Positions 1-8,126 of a stretch of DNA of 24,322 nucleotides are shown here, piece after piece. The DNA is from a virus (lineage: Duplodnaviria; Heunggongvirae; Uroviricota; Caudoviricetes), in IMG/VR virus record IMGVR_UViG_651703075_000001, positions 64,001-88,322 of that record. One strand, 5' to 3'. A program made the position numbers and the translations under genes. Position 1 is the stretch's first letter; each line of letters starts with the position of its first letter. The notes beneath the pieces were generated by a model, which was not told the origin of the DNA, ran no database searches, and worked only from the letters and a program-made list of their open reading frames with translations.

Positions 1-150
1 GACATCCTCCCTCTTCTCCGGGCTCACGGGTTCAGCCCCGCCCAGTGTTGGGATGAATTTCTTCGGGTGTGGTGGTGGTGGGAAAACAGCTACCGCCAGG
101 ACATGGAGAGCCGTTTTAAGCTTATGGAAGGCAGCTTGAAGCATGAGTGA
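1..150 (+). CDS. 3' end of hypothetical protein (partial)
   Basis: Frame 1 is open from base 1 (DILPLLRAHGF...WWWWENSY...KHE) to TGA 148-150 and overlaps the next ATG at 143. Confidence 0.7.
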   Translation, partial: DILPLLRAHGFSPAQCWDEFLRVWWWWENSYRQDMESRFKLMEGSLKHE

Positions 151-388
151 CATTTACCAGGTTTACAAAACGATTGGCAAAAACTGTGCCAGCAACGAAT
201 CCCCGGCCCTGCTGTACCCTACGGACGTTATATGTGGGTGGCGGCAGGCCGGAGGACTCTGGTTTTCTGACTGTGGCCTGGAATGGGGTTTCATTGAAGA
301 CGGCCCTCAAGAAAATGGAATGAACTACTGCCCTAAGTGCGGTAAGACGCTACTATCAAAAGGAGGGGAGGAGAATGCAGGAAATTAA
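143..388 (+). CDS. small Zn-ribbon-like hypothetical phage protein
   Basis: 81 aa; Cys motifs including CPKCG; overlaps both neighbours. Confidence 0.75.
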   Translation: MSDIYQVYKTIGKNCASNESPALLYPTDVICGWRQAGGLWFSDCGLEWGFIEDGPQENGMNYCPKCGKTLLSKGGEENAGN

Positions 389-689
389 ACTGAGCGACGC
401 CATAGTGCAGGGTATGGGCAAGGCGCTTTCTACAGGAAAGCTCAGCGCTATGTGTTTCCATTTGATGGAACTCCTACCCCACGAACACCCTGTTCAGGAG
501 GAATTCCACTGCTGGCTGGAGACTTATCTACAGACGAAAGGCCGTGATTACTCCTTTGTTCGGACCATGCTTGAAGTTCATTTCGAGGAGCTTAACCCGG
601 ACATCTTCCTTACCCGGCAAGCTCTTGGCCATCTGTGGTGCAACTTCTATGTGTGGGCCGTCTTCGACATGAAGCGAAAAGGTCTTTGA
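375..689 (+). CDS. hypothetical protein
   Basis: RBS GGAGGAG before ATG 375; 104 aa. Confidence 0.75.
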   Translation: MQEIKLSDAIVQGMGKALSTGKLSAMCFHLMELLPHEHPVQEEFHCWLETYLQTKGRDYSFVRTMLEVHFEELNPDIFLTRQALGHLWCNFYVWAVFDMKRKGL

Positions 690-717
690 CTTAAAATTAC
701 ATGCCTGGGAGGAGTAT

Positions 718-906
718 ATGAGCGAACGACTTCGGAGACTGGAAGCTGAGTATTCACGTGTTGAACGTGAATGGGGTGGCCTGGCCAGGTATGAGCTGGA
801 GATGCTCAGGATAAAAATCGATTCTGAAAGAAGAATCAGTGAGCGTAACTCGTATCTGTCAATCTTTGGATGTGGGAACGCATTCCACGGAAGGAAGTAC
901 GACTAG
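718..906 (+). CDS. hypothetical protein
   Basis: RBS GGAGGAG; 62 aa. Confidence 0.7.
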   Translation: MSERLRRLEAEYSRVEREWGGLARYELEMLRIKIDSERRISERNSYLSIFGCGNAFHGRKYD

Positions 907-941
907 CTTAACATGCCAGACGTTAACGTGTGCTGGAGGGG

Positions 942-970
942 TTGACACCAGGTAGCCCCTCCGGTACCTT
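942..970 (+). promoter_or_regulatory. sigma70-type promoter inside inverted repeat 933-964
   Basis: TTGACA(942-947)-N17-TACCTT(965-970); arms CTGGAGGGG / CCCCTCCGG. Confidence 0.75.
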
Positions 971-1000
971 GTTTTCTTGACTTTAACTGAGGAGATTCCA

Positions 1001-1390
1001 ATGAAAACTTATGAAGCTTCTGTGTTGTTCGATGCCAGTCTGGCAGGCTCTTTATCTGTTGAGGCCAACAGTGTTCAAGAGGCCATCAACCTGCTAGAAG
1101 ACAAGGTGGGTTACCACTCCCCAACCTTGTGCTACCAGTGTGCCGGCCACCTGGACCTTGGGGACATGACGGGTATGGTGGTATACTGCGAGGACGAAGA
1201 GGTAGCAGACACCACCTACGCCGGTGAGGTCATACGCACGCTGAACAAGAAGGTGAAAACCCTGGAAGAGGACCTCAGCAAGGCATACAAGCTGCTGAGT
1301 GAAATCCGTCCCAGCATCCCTCAGGATGTCCTGAAGCTGTGGTGTGAAGACCGAGATACCATTCTCTCTGGCCTGAGGAGTGCTGAATGA
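1001..1390 (+). CDS. hypothetical protein (C-terminal coiled coil)
   Basis: RBS GAGGAG before ATG 1001, preferred over TTG 977. Confidence 0.75.
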   Translation: MKTYEASVLFDASLAGSLSVEANSVQEAINLLEDKVGYHSPTLCYQCAGHLDLGDMTGMVVYCEDEEVADTTYAGEVIRTLNKKVKTLEEDLSKAYKLLSEIRPSIPQDVLKLWCEDRDTILSGLRSAE

Positions 1391-2880
1391 TGGAAAACCG
1401 TAATGGGACCACTGAAACAGCTTGCCCGAAGTGCGGAGGCTCTGGTCACGCGGATTCTGGAGGTGTTCAATCTTGGGGTGAGCCTATCTCCATCCCCTGT
1501 GATTGCCTAACCGAGCAGGAAGAGTTCCTGGCATGGGCCAATGAGGAATACGAGGTTGAAGAGGGCTACGAGTTGAACGAAAGCAACCCCGCCGTAATGG
1601 AAAACAAGAAAGGCTGGATGGCCCGTGCCGCCCTGCCCAAGCGTTCTAAATTCCGCCAACACCTGGATGAGTGCGCCGACGAGGTTGATACTTGGCCCTC
1701 TTATAAGCGTGAAGCCCTGAAGAACCCCTCCCCGAAGTGCTCGACCTGCCACGATCAAGGCGAGGTGTTCATCGGCCCCGGAAAGGTCGAATCGCACATG
1801 CTGGAAGAGCCGGAACCGATCTACGCACCGTGCCCTGACTGCGAGCAACCCTCCCCGTTGCAGTCCGAGCAGGCAGAGGCGGAGCGGCCGGAGGTAATCA
1901 GGGTTCCGTCATGTGAGAACAGTTATGGCTTCGGATATGTGGACGGAAGCTGCCATGTTGATTTGCGGAAGTACCGCAATCACCTTGAAGACATCCTTGA
2001 TTCGCTCCCGAACGATGAACCACTGATGACCGTCTCCCAGCACGAGCGCATCGTCGAGGCTCTCCGGTTCGAACGCCAGCAGATGGACCGCGCTTTCACT
2101 ACGTGCATCAACGAGCGCGACGCAGCCCTGGCTGAAGTCGAGCGCCTGATTGGCGTCTGCGCCTCTCTGGACAGCGAGATGCGCGATATGGAGAACAAGC
2201 GGGATGCGATAATCGCCATGCGAGATGCCGCCCTGGCCAGGGTCGCAGAACTGGAGAAGCCAGACCCTGACTACACACAACACCCGCAGATCGTAGGCTA
2301 CGCTCGTAAGAAAGAGTTGGAGCCTTTGTTGGACCCGTGTCAACCTGATGGCAGCCACATTTACATAGGTTTGGACCATCCGTCGCTCTGGGCAGAGGAA
2401 CCTCCGTATGAATTCCTTACTCCGCTATACACGGCCCCTGTAGCCAAGGCTCAGCACAGCGTGCCCGATGGGTGGCGCGACATGCTGGCCGAGCTGCAAT
2501 GGCACTACGAGCCGTATGACGATCACTACCACCGTGACCAGGGCTTCTATTGCCCGGTCTGTGGCGGTGAGAAGGACGAAGGGCACAAGCAGGGTTGCAG
2601 CCTGGCCAAGTTGCTTGCTACCGTACCCTCCGACGATCAGCACAGCGTGCCGGAGGAGTTCAGCTTCGAGTATCGCCACCTCAATGGCGAGTGCCACACG
2701 GTAACGGTAAGCCGGGAGCAGGTGATCAATGAGATGCCCGACTTCCTGTTCGAAGCGCTGTGCAGCAAGTTCTGCAACTGCGAGCCGGTGGGCGAGACGA
2801 ACGTTGTCGAGTGTTGCTGCGACGAGTACGCGGAGGAATTCAAACTAATCGCCGCCACGCCCGGCAAGGAGGTGGTGTAA
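1387..2880 (+). CDS. mosaic multi-module phage protein with several Zn-binding Cys motifs and a coiled coil
   Basis: 497 aa; CPKCGG..CDC, CSTC..CPDC, CPVCGG, CxxxCNC..CCC; repeated RDAALA and QHSVP linkers. Confidence 0.8.
   Translation: MMENRNGTTETACPKCGGSGHADSGGVQSWGEPISIPCDCLTEQEEFLAWANEEYEVEEGYELNESNPAVMENKKGWMARAALPKRSKFRQHLDECADEVDTWPSYKREALKNPSPKCSTCHDQGEVFIGPGKVESHMLEEPEPIYAPCPDCEQPSPLQSEQAEAERPEVIRVPSCENSYGFGYVDGSCHVDLRKYRNHLEDILDSLPNDEPLMTVSQHERIVEALRFERQQMDRAFTTCINERDAALAEVERLIGVCASLDSEMRDMENKRDAIIAMRDAALARVAELEKPDPDYTQHPQIVGYARKKELEPLLDPCQPDGSHIYIGLDHPSLWAEEPPYEFLTPLYTAPVAKAQHSVPDGWRDMLAELQWHYEPYDDHYHRDQGFYCPVCGGEKDEGHKQGCSLAKLLATVPSDDQHSVPEEFSFEYRHLNGECHTVTVSREQVINEMPDFLFEALCSKFCNCEPVGETNVVECCCDEYAEEFKLIAATPGKEVV
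2451..2651 (+). repeat. 15-bp exact direct repeat TCAGCACAGCGTGCC (2451-2465, 2637-2651)
   Basis: Copies are 186 bp apart, in frame, both encode QHSVP and flank a 62-aa Zn-finger-like module. Confidence 0.9.
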
Positions 2881-3125
2881 TGGGAATCTGGATGGAAGTT
2901 AGGTGTGAGGACCGGTCCGAGGAGTGGTCCGAAGGTCACGGCTATTTCCCGCACAGGTGTTGGTCTCACGAAAATGAAGGACCAATGGGAGAAGCTCCTG
3001 AAACAAGGGAAGGAGTGATTAACACGTACAGACACCTGGAGGAGGAAGCCCGGTCCCTGGGGTGGGTAAGGTTCCGTCACGGGTGGGTCTGCCCCTATTG
3101 CAAGAACCTCAGGCCTAAGGTATAG
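2880..3125 (+). CDS. hypothetical protein with C-terminal CPYC
   Basis: TAATG overlap with the upstream stop; RBS AAGGAGG; 81 aa. Confidence 0.75.
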   Translation: MGIWMEVRCEDRSEEWSEGHGYFPHRCWSHENEGPMGEAPETREGVINTYRHLEEEARSLGWVRFRHGWVCPYCKNLRPKV

Positions 3126-3168
3126 TTGGCTTATCTGTCGGACCATCCACTCGTAAGGAGGATTAAGA

Positions 3169-3708
3169 ATGAACATTGATTGGAGTAAGGCACCTAAGGG
3201 TGCAACGCACTGGGAGCCAACAAGCCAGAAATTTGTCGGAGGATGGATGAAGAAAGAGGGTTCCTCCTGGTTTTGGTGGCGCAACATGACTCAGACTTGG
3301 AATCCCTCTTATCTCGGTGACCCGTCTCGGCTGGAAACATTCCAGCCCCTACCGCAGAAGACTTGGGACGGCCAGGGCCTGCCTCCCGTTGGGACGGTTT
3401 GCGAGGCAATCCACGAAGACATCAACTCAGGCAAGCCGGTAAAGGCCGAGATACTGAAGCACCACGACAACGGTCTGTCGGTCGCGTTCTTCTGGGTCGA
3501 CGCACCTGTCGAAGCCGAAGGAAATCTGTACTGGGCCCAACGTTTCCGCCCTCTGCGCACGCCCGAGCAGATTGCCGACGAACAGCGTCGTAAGGACATT
3601 ATTGAGTTGGCTAACGTCATCCGCGATGCTGGTGATGGAAACGATTACGTGCTAGCAGAGGCCCTGCATGACGCAGGCTATCGTAAGAAGGAGTCTGATG
3701 ATGACTAA
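3169..3708 (+). CDS. Pseudomonas phage protein of the IDWSKAPxGATH...WDGxGLPPVGTVCE type
   Basis: RBS AAGGAGG; motifs I recognise from Pseudomonas (pro)phage hypotheticals. Confidence 0.8.
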   Translation: MNIDWSKAPKGATHWEPTSQKFVGGWMKKEGSSWFWWRNMTQTWNPSYLGDPSRLETFQPLPQKTWDGQGLPPVGTVCEAIHEDINSGKPVKAEILKHHDNGLSVAFFWVDAPVEAEGNLYWAQRFRPLRTPEQIADEQRRKDIIELANVIRDAGDGNDYVLAEALHDAGYRKKESDDD

Positions 3709-4030
3709 CATGAGAGAAGAGTTTGAAGACCGCTTCCCGATTCCTGAAGGCATCGAGTGGCGTAATACCGACTACTTCCCGGTGCAGACCGATAACGTGC
3801 ACGTCTACGTGGCGCTGGCAGGAGCGGCTGCAAGGTACTCGGCGATGTGGCAAGCCTGGCAAGCCAGCCGAGCGGCTCTAAAGGTACAGTTGCCGGACGA
3901 CGGGATCGAGGACTGCCAGCGAGACTGGCCAAACTCCTGCCGAGACAATTTCGATACCGGTTACTGCTATGCAACTGACCGGATCATTCAAGCCCTCCAG
4001 AAAGCCGGAATCGAGGTGGAACATGGCTAA
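3701..4030 (+). CDS. hypothetical phage protein (REEFE...AWQAWQASRAAL type)
   Basis: RBS AAGGAG; start at ATG 3698 or 3701; overlaps the upstream stop. Confidence 0.75.
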   Translation: MTNMREEFEDRFPIPEGIEWRNTDYFPVQTDNVHVYVALAGAAARYSAMWQAWQASRAALKVQLPDDGIEDCQRDWPNSCRDNFDTGYCYATDRIIQALQKAGIEVEHG

Positions 4031-4217
4031 TCAATACCTCAGACCCGAACAGATGGTAGAGCCTGGCTACTACTGGTGGTTGCCAGAATATCTGAGCACT
4101 AGCCCAGAGAAGCAAGAGAACTGGCAGATAATCTGTTGGCATCCTTTAGACACGTCCAGGGAGCGTGTCGGGGTATTCGTCGGACCTTTGACTCCACCTA
4201 CGGAGACCAAGTTATGA
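4023..4217 (+). CDS. hypothetical protein (PGYYWW motif)
   Basis: RBS GAGGTGG; ATG 4023; 64 aa; overlaps both neighbours. Confidence 0.7.
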   Translation: MANQYLRPEQMVEPGYYWWLPEYLSTSPEKQENWQIICWHPLDTSRERVGVFVGPLTPPTETKL

Positions 4218-4933
4218 CCGATCACGCAAAGCTGAGGAGGCTGGCTAAGGCGGCAACTCCTGGGGAGTGGCATGCCGTGTGGGAGGAAGGGGATGACGCA
4301 GCATGGGCGAACCTCTTCCCGGTAATTTATGCAGAGGGCGGAGAGACAGTGATCGGAAACGAAGGTTTCTACTCCGACCTGGACCAGGATAAAGCTAACG
4401 CTCAATTCTGCGCAGCAGCCAACCCCAAGACGCTCCTCGCCCTCCTGGACGAGATCGACGGGATGCGCTCCAGGCTGGAGATAGACGAACGCACGCCTCA
4501 CGACGGAATCGCCTGCCGGGACGAGACTATCAAGGTGCTGGACGAGAAATGCGACAGGCTCAAAGCGGAGAACGAGGCGCTGCGCAGGTTCGCTGCCGAG
4601 GTGTATCAAGTGCTCGGCGCTCTGGACGCCCCGGAGAACGTTCTGGACAACGCTTCAGATGCGGCCAATGGAGTTCCACTGCGACATGAAACGCTACTGC
4701 CCTTCTTCGCTGACGACCATGAGTCCATGCGCAAGGACGCCGTGCGCTACCGGTGGCTGCGAGAGCGAGACCTAGAAACGATCAGACAAGGCGGCGTATT
4801 CGCCGGGATGACCCCGGAGAACATCGTACTCAACCAGGAAGACCTAGACGCTGCAATCGACGAACAGGAGCGCCTCAGCAGCCTCATGGTGAGCGAGCAA
4901 GAGGGAGGTAATGATGTCAGCAATCATCAGTGA
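4214..4933 (+). CDS. Ead/Ea22-like family protein
   Basis: N-terminal LRRLAKAATPGEW...NAQFCAAANPKTLLALLDE signature, followed by a coiled coil. Confidence 0.8.
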   Translation: MTDHAKLRRLAKAATPGEWHAVWEEGDDAAWANLFPVIYAEGGETVIGNEGFYSDLDQDKANAQFCAAANPKTLLALLDEIDGMRSRLEIDERTPHDGIACRDETIKVLDEKCDRLKAENEALRRFAAEVYQVLGALDAPENVLDNASDAANGVPLRHETLLPFFADDHESMRKDAVRYRWLRERDLETIRQGGVFAGMTPENIVLNQEDLDAAIDEQERLSSLMVSEQEGGNDVSNHQ

Positions 4934-5414
4934 GTGCGGTAAATATCGGTACCGCCTGGATCGAGACTGTTCGCCACCCTTTGAGGGTAGCAAGGTGTAC
5001 GCCTACTTCGGTGTTAACCCCAGCACGGCGGATGCCAGTACAGACGATGCTACCGTCCGAAAGTGGCGAGGCTTCACCGAGAGAAATGGAGGCCACAAGT
5101 TCATTGTAGGGAACGTCTTCTGCTATCGGGCCACCGACGTGAAAGAGCTGAGAAAAGTGGACGACCCGTTCGGACCTGAAAGCGTGGATTACTTCCAGTC
5201 CATCCTGGCCGAAGCTGACATCCTGGTGCCGTGCTGGGGGAGCCTGTCAAAGCTGCCCAAGCACCTTCGTGGGTGCCCTCCTCAACTCCTCCAGTGGATG
5301 CTCCGCTCTAGTAAGCCCGTCATGTGCTTCGGGCTCACCCAATGTGACCAACCAAAACACCCCCTTATGCTGGGGTACGACACTCCTTTGCAGGAGCTTG
5401 TAGGGAGCTGGTGA
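4911..5414 (+). CDS. DUF1643 domain protein
   Basis: SECGKYRYRL, NPSTADA.TDDATVRK, N.F.YRATD, PCWG and PKHPL motifs. Confidence 0.85.
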   Translation: MMSAIISECGKYRYRLDRDCSPPFEGSKVYAYFGVNPSTADASTDDATVRKWRGFTERNGGHKFIVGNVFCYRATDVKELRKVDDPFGPESVDYFQSILAEADILVPCWGSLSKLPKHLRGCPPQLLQWMLRSSKPVMCFGLTQCDQPKHPLMLGYDTPLQELVGSW

Positions 5415-5445
5415 CTCTTTTCACCTCGACTTAAAGCCCCGGGCC

Positions 5446-5474
5446 TTGACAGGTCTGGGGCTTTGTCGTATCTT
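5446..5474 (+). promoter_or_regulatory. sigma70-type promoter whose -35 box is the loop of a 13-bp hairpin (5433-5464)
   Basis: TTGACA-N17-TATCTT; AAAGCCCCGGGCC-TTGACA-GGTCTGGGGCTTT. Confidence 0.8.
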
Positions 5475-5497
5475 TCTTTCAACAAACAGGAGGTGGT

Positions 5498-5755
5498 ATG
5501 AACGGTTCTAGAAAATTTCACAGCCCCGATGGTCCAGCCTTCTTCCCGGGTGAAATATGGGTAAGTTGCGAGGGGTTTGAGGTTGAGATTTTGAAGGTTG
5601 AGCGGTACGGTGCCGACAAGTGGGATGTTGACGTTTACTACATCCAGTGTCGGTGGAAAAATGCAGATGATGCTGTATTTGTGAAGGATGCTTGGAATTT
5701 CCAAGTGAGATATGAACATCACGCAGATAGGAGGGTACATGAAAAAATTCTCTGA
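5498..5755 (+). CDS. hypothetical protein
   Basis: RBS AGGAGGT; 85 aa. Confidence 0.75.
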   Translation: MNGSRKFHSPDGPAFFPGEIWVSCEGFEVEILKVERYGADKWDVDVYYIQCRWKNADDAVFVKDAWNFQVRYEHHADRRVHEKIL

Positions 5756-5888
5756 GACTTACTACTCTTGGACGGGGGCAGCCAGCCGGGCAAAAGTCCT
5801 TACTGACCTGGGTTGGATTGTCTCTCTTCACAGGGAGAAGGTTGAAGGTTCTACCAGTCTTGTTTGGAAATTGGAGGCAACGCGATGA
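5739..5888 (+). CDS. small hypothetical protein (49 aa, MKKFSETYYSWTG...), absent from the ORF track
   Basis: RBS GGAGGG; fills the gap; ATGA overlap with the next gene. Confidence 0.65.
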   Translation: MKKFSETYYSWTGAASRAKVLTDLGWIVSLHREKVEGSTSLVWKLEATR

Positions 5889-6253
5889 GTGAGAAAGGAA
5901 TGATCCTGGCAAAGTACACTGGCCTTCTGTGTGGGGTTAAAGTCCTACAACATCAAGGAGACAAGGTTCGGGTCAAGGTTGTCGATGAAAAGCGTCCTAA
6001 GTGGGTTGACCTGTCTTCTGGCTCCTACAAGCTATTCAACGACACGGAAGAAGCAATTCAGTGGATAGAAGCCCTGAATGATGAAAGTGAATCCCATATG
6101 CGAGAATACTTCGAAAATGGATGCCTCTGCATCCTGCGGGACAAGACCATGGAGAAAGCTCCAGCCTCTATGCCCGATGAAGACGCTGTGAAGTTCTATA
6201 TGGATAATTGCAAATGCAGTCGTCACCCTGATCACGGATTCCGGAAAGGTTAG
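5885..6253 (+). CDS. hypothetical protein
   Basis: RBS GGAGG; ATGA coupling; 122 aa. Confidence 0.75.
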   Translation: MSEKGMILAKYTGLLCGVKVLQHQGDKVRVKVVDEKRPKWVDLSSGSYKLFNDTEEAIQWIEALNDESESHMREYFENGCLCILRDKTMEKAPASMPDEDAVKFYMDNCKCSRHPDHGFRKG

Positions 6254-6260
6254 TCGGTCG

Positions 6261-6524
6261 ATGAAAGGTGTCCATGAGAAATTGTCCGTAGACGTTTGGG
6301 GGAAGGTAGTGGCATACGTCTCCAACCTTCGTAAATCCAGCCCCCTGCTTGAAGAGTTGGTTGTACTCGACCATCCAGGCTTTAATCCTCAAGAAAGACG
6401 TACACTGAATTCCCGGAGAAAAGCGTATCACCACCTGGTCGCCCTGTTCAAGGATTTACGCCAGGGTGTTAACCATTCCAAGGCAAAACGTCTCCATCGC
6501 ATAGCCTCGATGCTATCGAAGTGA
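6261..6524 (+). CDS. hypothetical protein
   Basis: 87 aa; last gene of the + block, followed by a terminator. Confidence 0.65.
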   Translation: MKGVHEKLSVDVWGKVVAYVSNLRKSSPLLEELVVLDHPGFNPQERRTLNSRRKAYHHLVALFKDLRQGVNHSKAKRLHRIASMLSK

Positions 6525-6528
6525 CCCC

Positions 6529-6556
6529 AAAGGCAGCTATTTAGCTGCCTTTTTTA
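6529..6556 (+). terminator. intrinsic terminator, possibly bidirectional
   Basis: AAAGGCAGCTA-TT-TAGCTGCCTTT followed by a T-tract. Confidence 0.85.
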
Positions 6557-6566
6557 TTGCCCTTTT

Positions 6567-6656
6567 TCAGCCCTGCTTTGATCCTCGTCCCACATTTCCG
6601 TACAAACTGTAGTCCCCTTCACGTCTTTTGAGAAGACTTCTTTTGATCCTGTACAT
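6567..6656 (-). CDS. candidate 29-aa basic peptide MYRIKRSLLKRREGDYSLYGNVGRGSKQG
   Basis: RBS AGGAGG 5 nt upstream; has its own promoter; lies between two terminators. Confidence 0.5.
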   Translation of the reverse strand: MYRIKRSLLKRREGDYSLYGNVGRGSKQG

Positions 6657-6675
6657 ACCCCCCCTCCTACTGCGA

Positions 6676-6704
6676 AGTCTATTGTGTAAGTTTGGCATTT
6701 TCAA
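6676..6704 (-). promoter_or_regulatory. sigma70-type promoter for the mini-unit
   Basis: TTGAAA-N17-TAGACT on the minus strand. Confidence 0.55.
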
Positions 6705-6734
6705 ACCGGTCCTGCCCTTCATCTTTCTTTCATG

Positions 6735-6772
6735 CAAAAGAAAACCCCGCCAACTTCCGTCAGCGGGGTTTC
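6735..6772 (-). terminator. intrinsic terminator of the minus-strand block
   Basis: AAACCCCGCTGAC-GGAA-GTTGGCGGGGTTT followed by TCTTTT. Confidence 0.85.
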
Positions 6773-6793
6773 GTTCAACCCGGGTATTCGACC

Positions 6794-7024
6794 CTAGGTG
6801 TTACTCTCAGAGCCTGTGCAAAGATACTCATCAGGCGCTGTCCAGTCGTCTTTCAACCTGGAGACTGTCAAAGGAACGCAGCACTCTTTACGGAAGCAGG
6901 AAGTCTCACACCTGTGATGACACCTCCCTCCGTCCAGGCAGCGAGTTCCCAGAATTTCATCTTCCCCTACCAGAATACCGCACTCAGCTTTCAAGTCGGC
7001 GGCCTTAATACGATTAAGCTCCAT
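6794..7024 (-). CDS. Cys-rich hypothetical protein
   Basis: ATG 7024 with GGAGA RBS (alternative TTG start at 7102); CxxxxxCxxxCxxxCxxxxCC. Confidence 0.65.
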   Translation of the reverse strand: MELNRIKAADLKAECGILVGEDEILGTRCLDGGRCHHRCETSCFRKECCVPLTVSRLKDDWTAPDEYLCTGSESNT

Positions 7025-7098
7025 TTTCACCCATCTCCTTCTCTCTTGCCGTTTCAAACCTGGAGGGAAAGATATTACATCCTCCGCGTTTTCTTCCG

Positions 7099-7377
7099 TC
7101 AAAACGGAAGCTCCCACTTGATGAGGCTTTCCAGGGCTACCTCGATATCCTTAGCCCTCAAAGGGTCTTCGTGGCCTTCAACGGGAAATGTTGCCTCAAC
7201 TTTTACTGCATCAATGAGACAAGCTCCTGGAACCTTCCGTACTACTGTTGGGACCACGATGGAGACGATCTCACACGCCGGGGCATAGCTATAGACCTCG
7301 AACTCCTCTGAAGCCCCTTCATACTCATTCCCTTCGGGAGTCCACCGCTTCCATACAACGTTGACGACAATCTTCAT
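7099..7377 (-). CDS. hypothetical protein
   Basis: 92 aa; RBS GAGGTGG; coupled to the upstream stop. Confidence 0.75.
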   Translation of the reverse strand: MKIVVNVVWKRWTPEGNEYEGASEEFEVYSYAPACEIVSIVVPTVVRKVPGACLIDAVKVEATFPVEGHEDPLRAKDIEVALESLIKWELPF

Positions 7378-7553
7378 TCATTCCACCTCGTACCACCATG
7401 ATCTTTTCTTTCCAGCATCTGCTTCTCTTGGGCTTCCTGGAACTTAGACTCATCCCAGGAAGACTTAGTGTCAACCAGGATTGACGCCAGAATACCCAGG
7501 ATTGCCAGGACGATCATCGCCTCTGTCAGGGTGAACCCTTTTTCCTTTTTCAT
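7374..7553 (-). CDS. 59-aa type IV prepilin-like protein (class III signal peptide, N-terminal methylation motif), absent from the ORF track
   Basis: MKKEKG|FTLTEAMIVLAILGILASILVD...; RBS AAGGAGG; ATGA overlaps on both sides. Confidence 0.85.
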   Translation of the reverse strand: MKKEKGFTLTEAMIVLAILGILASILVDTKSSWDESKFQEAQEKQMLERKDHGGTRWNE

Positions 7554-8125
7554 TCAGCCTCCTTGCCCTGGACAAGCAAGGTATTGGCTTGACGTTCCAT
7601 CTCGGCGATGTGAAGGCGCTGGAAGCCGTTCTGAGTTTCCATGGGAGAGAGCAGTACCTGGTTTGCCGGGTAACCTTCCTCCGGGGTTTCTTTGGTGTCA
7701 GGCTGAGGAAGGTAGCGGCGCCGCTCCAGCTCCTCGAACAGGACAGCCATATCTTTGTCCATCTCTCGGGTACAGGTGATCACACCGTTGATTTTCCAAC
7801 CCACACCACCACCGTGTATGGAAGTGACACTGACAGTGAAAGGGTCATGTTTGTTGCTCATTTGGGTCTCCTGAAGGTGGATGGAAAGAACATCTTGTTG
7901 CAGAGCGTCCAGGTAGGTGCGGACCTCTTTGTTTCGGTTGGCATGGCTGTCCAGGTGGCTCAGATGTACATAGCTTGCAGGGCCCAGCCGTGCAGCCCTG
8001 TCCGAAACCAGGTTGAACAGCTTGAGGGTATCTCGCTTGAGATTTCCCGACAGAACTATCCAGGAAGGCTCAAACTGAGGGCCGTCTGCATGATCGGTGT
8101 ACAGGTCTACGGTCAGAGTGCTCAT
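7550..8125 (-). CDS. hypothetical protein
   Basis: 191 aa within the tightly packed operon. Confidence 0.75.
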   Translation of the reverse strand: MSTLTVDLYTDHADGPQFEPSWIVLSGNLKRDTLKLFNLVSDRAARLGPASYVHLSHLDSHANRNKEVRTYLDALQQDVLSIHLQETQMSNKHDPFTVSVTSIHGGGVGWKINGVITCTREMDKDMAVLFEELERRRYLPQPDTKETPEEGYPANQVLLSPMETQNGFQRLHIAEMERQANTLLVQGKEAE

Positions 8126-8126
8126 G

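Noticed and set aside
70-81. TGG x4 (WWWW) suggesting a Trp attenuator leader
   Set aside because: It lies inside a longer ORF running off the window edge, with no attenuator hairpins nearby.
1507-4609. Long minus-strand ORFs (e.g. 1909-2379, 2637-3287, 4070-4609)
   Set aside because: They are antisense shadows of well-supported + strand genes, with no RBS or operon context.
7469-7486. TGTCAA..TTGACG pair resembling divergent -35 boxes
   Set aside because: No acceptable -10 box at 16-18 bp, and it sits inside the pilin-like CDS.
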